DNA of 64,000 nt from NCBI GenBank assembly GCA_045837725.1, contig JBEWZL010000179.1:372001-436000 (forward strand). Direction: 5' to 3'. Numbering within the stretch: the first letter of the stretch is position 1; each line of letters begins with the position of its first letter. The stretch is from Vermamoeba vermiformis. Lineage: Eukaryota. Shown in pieces: positions 62,559 to 64,000 of the stretch. Below the pieces are notes generated by a model. It did no database searches. It was given only the letters and a program-made list of their open reading frames with translations, and was not told the DNA's origin. Position numbers and translations under genes: made by a program.

Positions 62559-64000
62559 ATGTCAGATCAACAATTCCAAGGATACGCTGTTTTTGAACCA
62601 AAGGGCCAATTGTCTAAGTGGTCTTATACTCCTCGCCCCCTCGGTGCTCGTGATGTCGAGATTGAAATTACTCACTGCGGCATGTGCGCAAGCGGTACGT
62701 ACCAAAATACCTGAAAGTTTTTCTTCTGTACTAAATCCAGATTCAGACCTGCACCAGATCGACTCAGGCTGGGGTCCCTCTATCTATCCTATGATTCCTG
62801 GTACGTACCATTATAAAATTGTCTTTGCCATGGACTAACCATTCCTAATAGGCCACGAAATCGTCGGTCACGTTACTAAGGTCGGATCTGACGTGACACG
62901 CGTCAAAGTTGGTAAGCCACTAAACGCCCTACTACTACAATATTATATTAAAAGCCGGGACCTATTGCTCACCATCTAACTATAGGACAACGTGTCGGTG
63001 TTGGAGCTCAATGCCAGTCGTGTCATCAGTGCACTGAGTGCAAAGAGCACCTCGAGCCCTATTGCAAGAAGAGCGTCAACACGTACAACGGAAAGTTCGA
63101 GGACGGCACTCCCTCGTACGGAGGTTACGCCAAGTAAGTCCGCTTTGCAATAGCTATTTACGATTTGTTAGTAATTGCATTGCTCTAATTGGATCTGGTC
63201 GATCAAACAAAAATTTCGCATAGAATTCAATTTCGTACAGACTTGATGATATTTCCGTACTTACTTGCCTTTTTAGGAATGTTCGTGTCGACGAGCGCTT
63301 CACTTTTGTCGTGCCTGAGAACTTGAAGTCAGAGGTCAGCCCACGCAAGATCTCGGACTCCTTGAACTTACTCATACCTTTTCCTTACTAGGAAGTTGCT
63401 CCATTGTTCTGCGCAGGTGCCACTGTTTTCTCGCCACTGACTCACTTCGGAGCAGGCCCTGGCAAAAAGGTCGGAATTATTGGTATCGGAGGTCTGGGTC
63501 ATTTGGGTCTCAAGTTTGCACGAGCATTGGGTGCTGAAGTTTACGCCATTTCAACTTCTGCTTCGAAACAAGGAGAGGCCAAGAAACTTGGTGCGCATCA
63601 CTTCATTAACACCAAAGATAAGGACAGCCTTGCTAAGGTACGTTTAAGTTTTTGCTGATCGATCTTAAATCTAACGAATTAACACTCCGTAGTATCAAGA
63701 CCAACTCGACTTAATCGTCAGCACGTTGAACCACGACGTGGATTGGCAAATGTACTTCAGTTTAATGAAACGTGATGGAACTTTCGTTATTGTAGGCATC
63801 CCCGAAGAAAAACTCAAGATCCCTGCCTTCTCTATCATCGGAAAGTAAGTCAACAAGCTAAATACTATCGGATAGTAAATATACTTACGAAATATTTAGA
63901 CGATTGAAGTTTGCTGGTTCTTCCATCGGCAGTCCTAACGAGATCGAGCAAATGTTGAAGCTCGCTAGCAAGGATAATATCGTGGCTAATACTCAAGTAT
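62559..64000 (+). CDS. CAD/YahK-family alcohol dehydrogenase, copy E, truncated by the window end
   Basis: CGMCASD, PGHEIVG, SCHQCTEC...YC, APLFCAG and GIGGLGH; 7 introns; the last exon runs off the window. Confidence 0.93.

Noticed and set aside
1-64000. tRNA, rRNA, CRISPR arrays, prokaryotic operons or an autonomous transposase
   Set aside because: None recognised by eye; the sequence is spliced eukaryotic DNA. Small RNA genes could still be missed without covariance-model searches.

Overview
Gene-dense, AT-rich eukaryotic genomic DNA with many short spliceosomal introns (mostly about 45-120 nt) and intergenic gaps often under 200 bp. Gene content suggests a free-living amoeba-like protist, probably amoebozoan; this is inference, not a species call. 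About 32 protein genes could be reconstructed by splicing the ORF fragments by eye. Conserved eukaryotic genes include SNRNP35 (minor spliceosome), mtnB/APIP, NLE1, eIF3g, an HSF, a CANT1-type apyrase, an ABCB half-transporter, a leishmanolysin, an M28 aminopeptidase, a lipase and an ALMT/FUSC-type transporter. There is also a five-copy cluster of CAD/YahK-type Zn alcohol dehydrogenases and a 227-bp MITE with long TIRs and a perfect 8-bp target-site duplication. The most unusual items are: an F-box/Rab-like GTPase fusion ending in a CaaX box; a spliced gene joining DUF2283-like repeats to a DUF1853 putative nuclease, both prokaryote-type domains; a circularly permuted Ras with an added SAM-like domain; an ankyrin protein with a vinculin-tail-like end; and an intronless Zn-binding ORF that may be a horizontal acquisition. 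All domain calls come from motif recognition, not database searches. Exon boundaries and gene ends are manual and may be off by a few nt.
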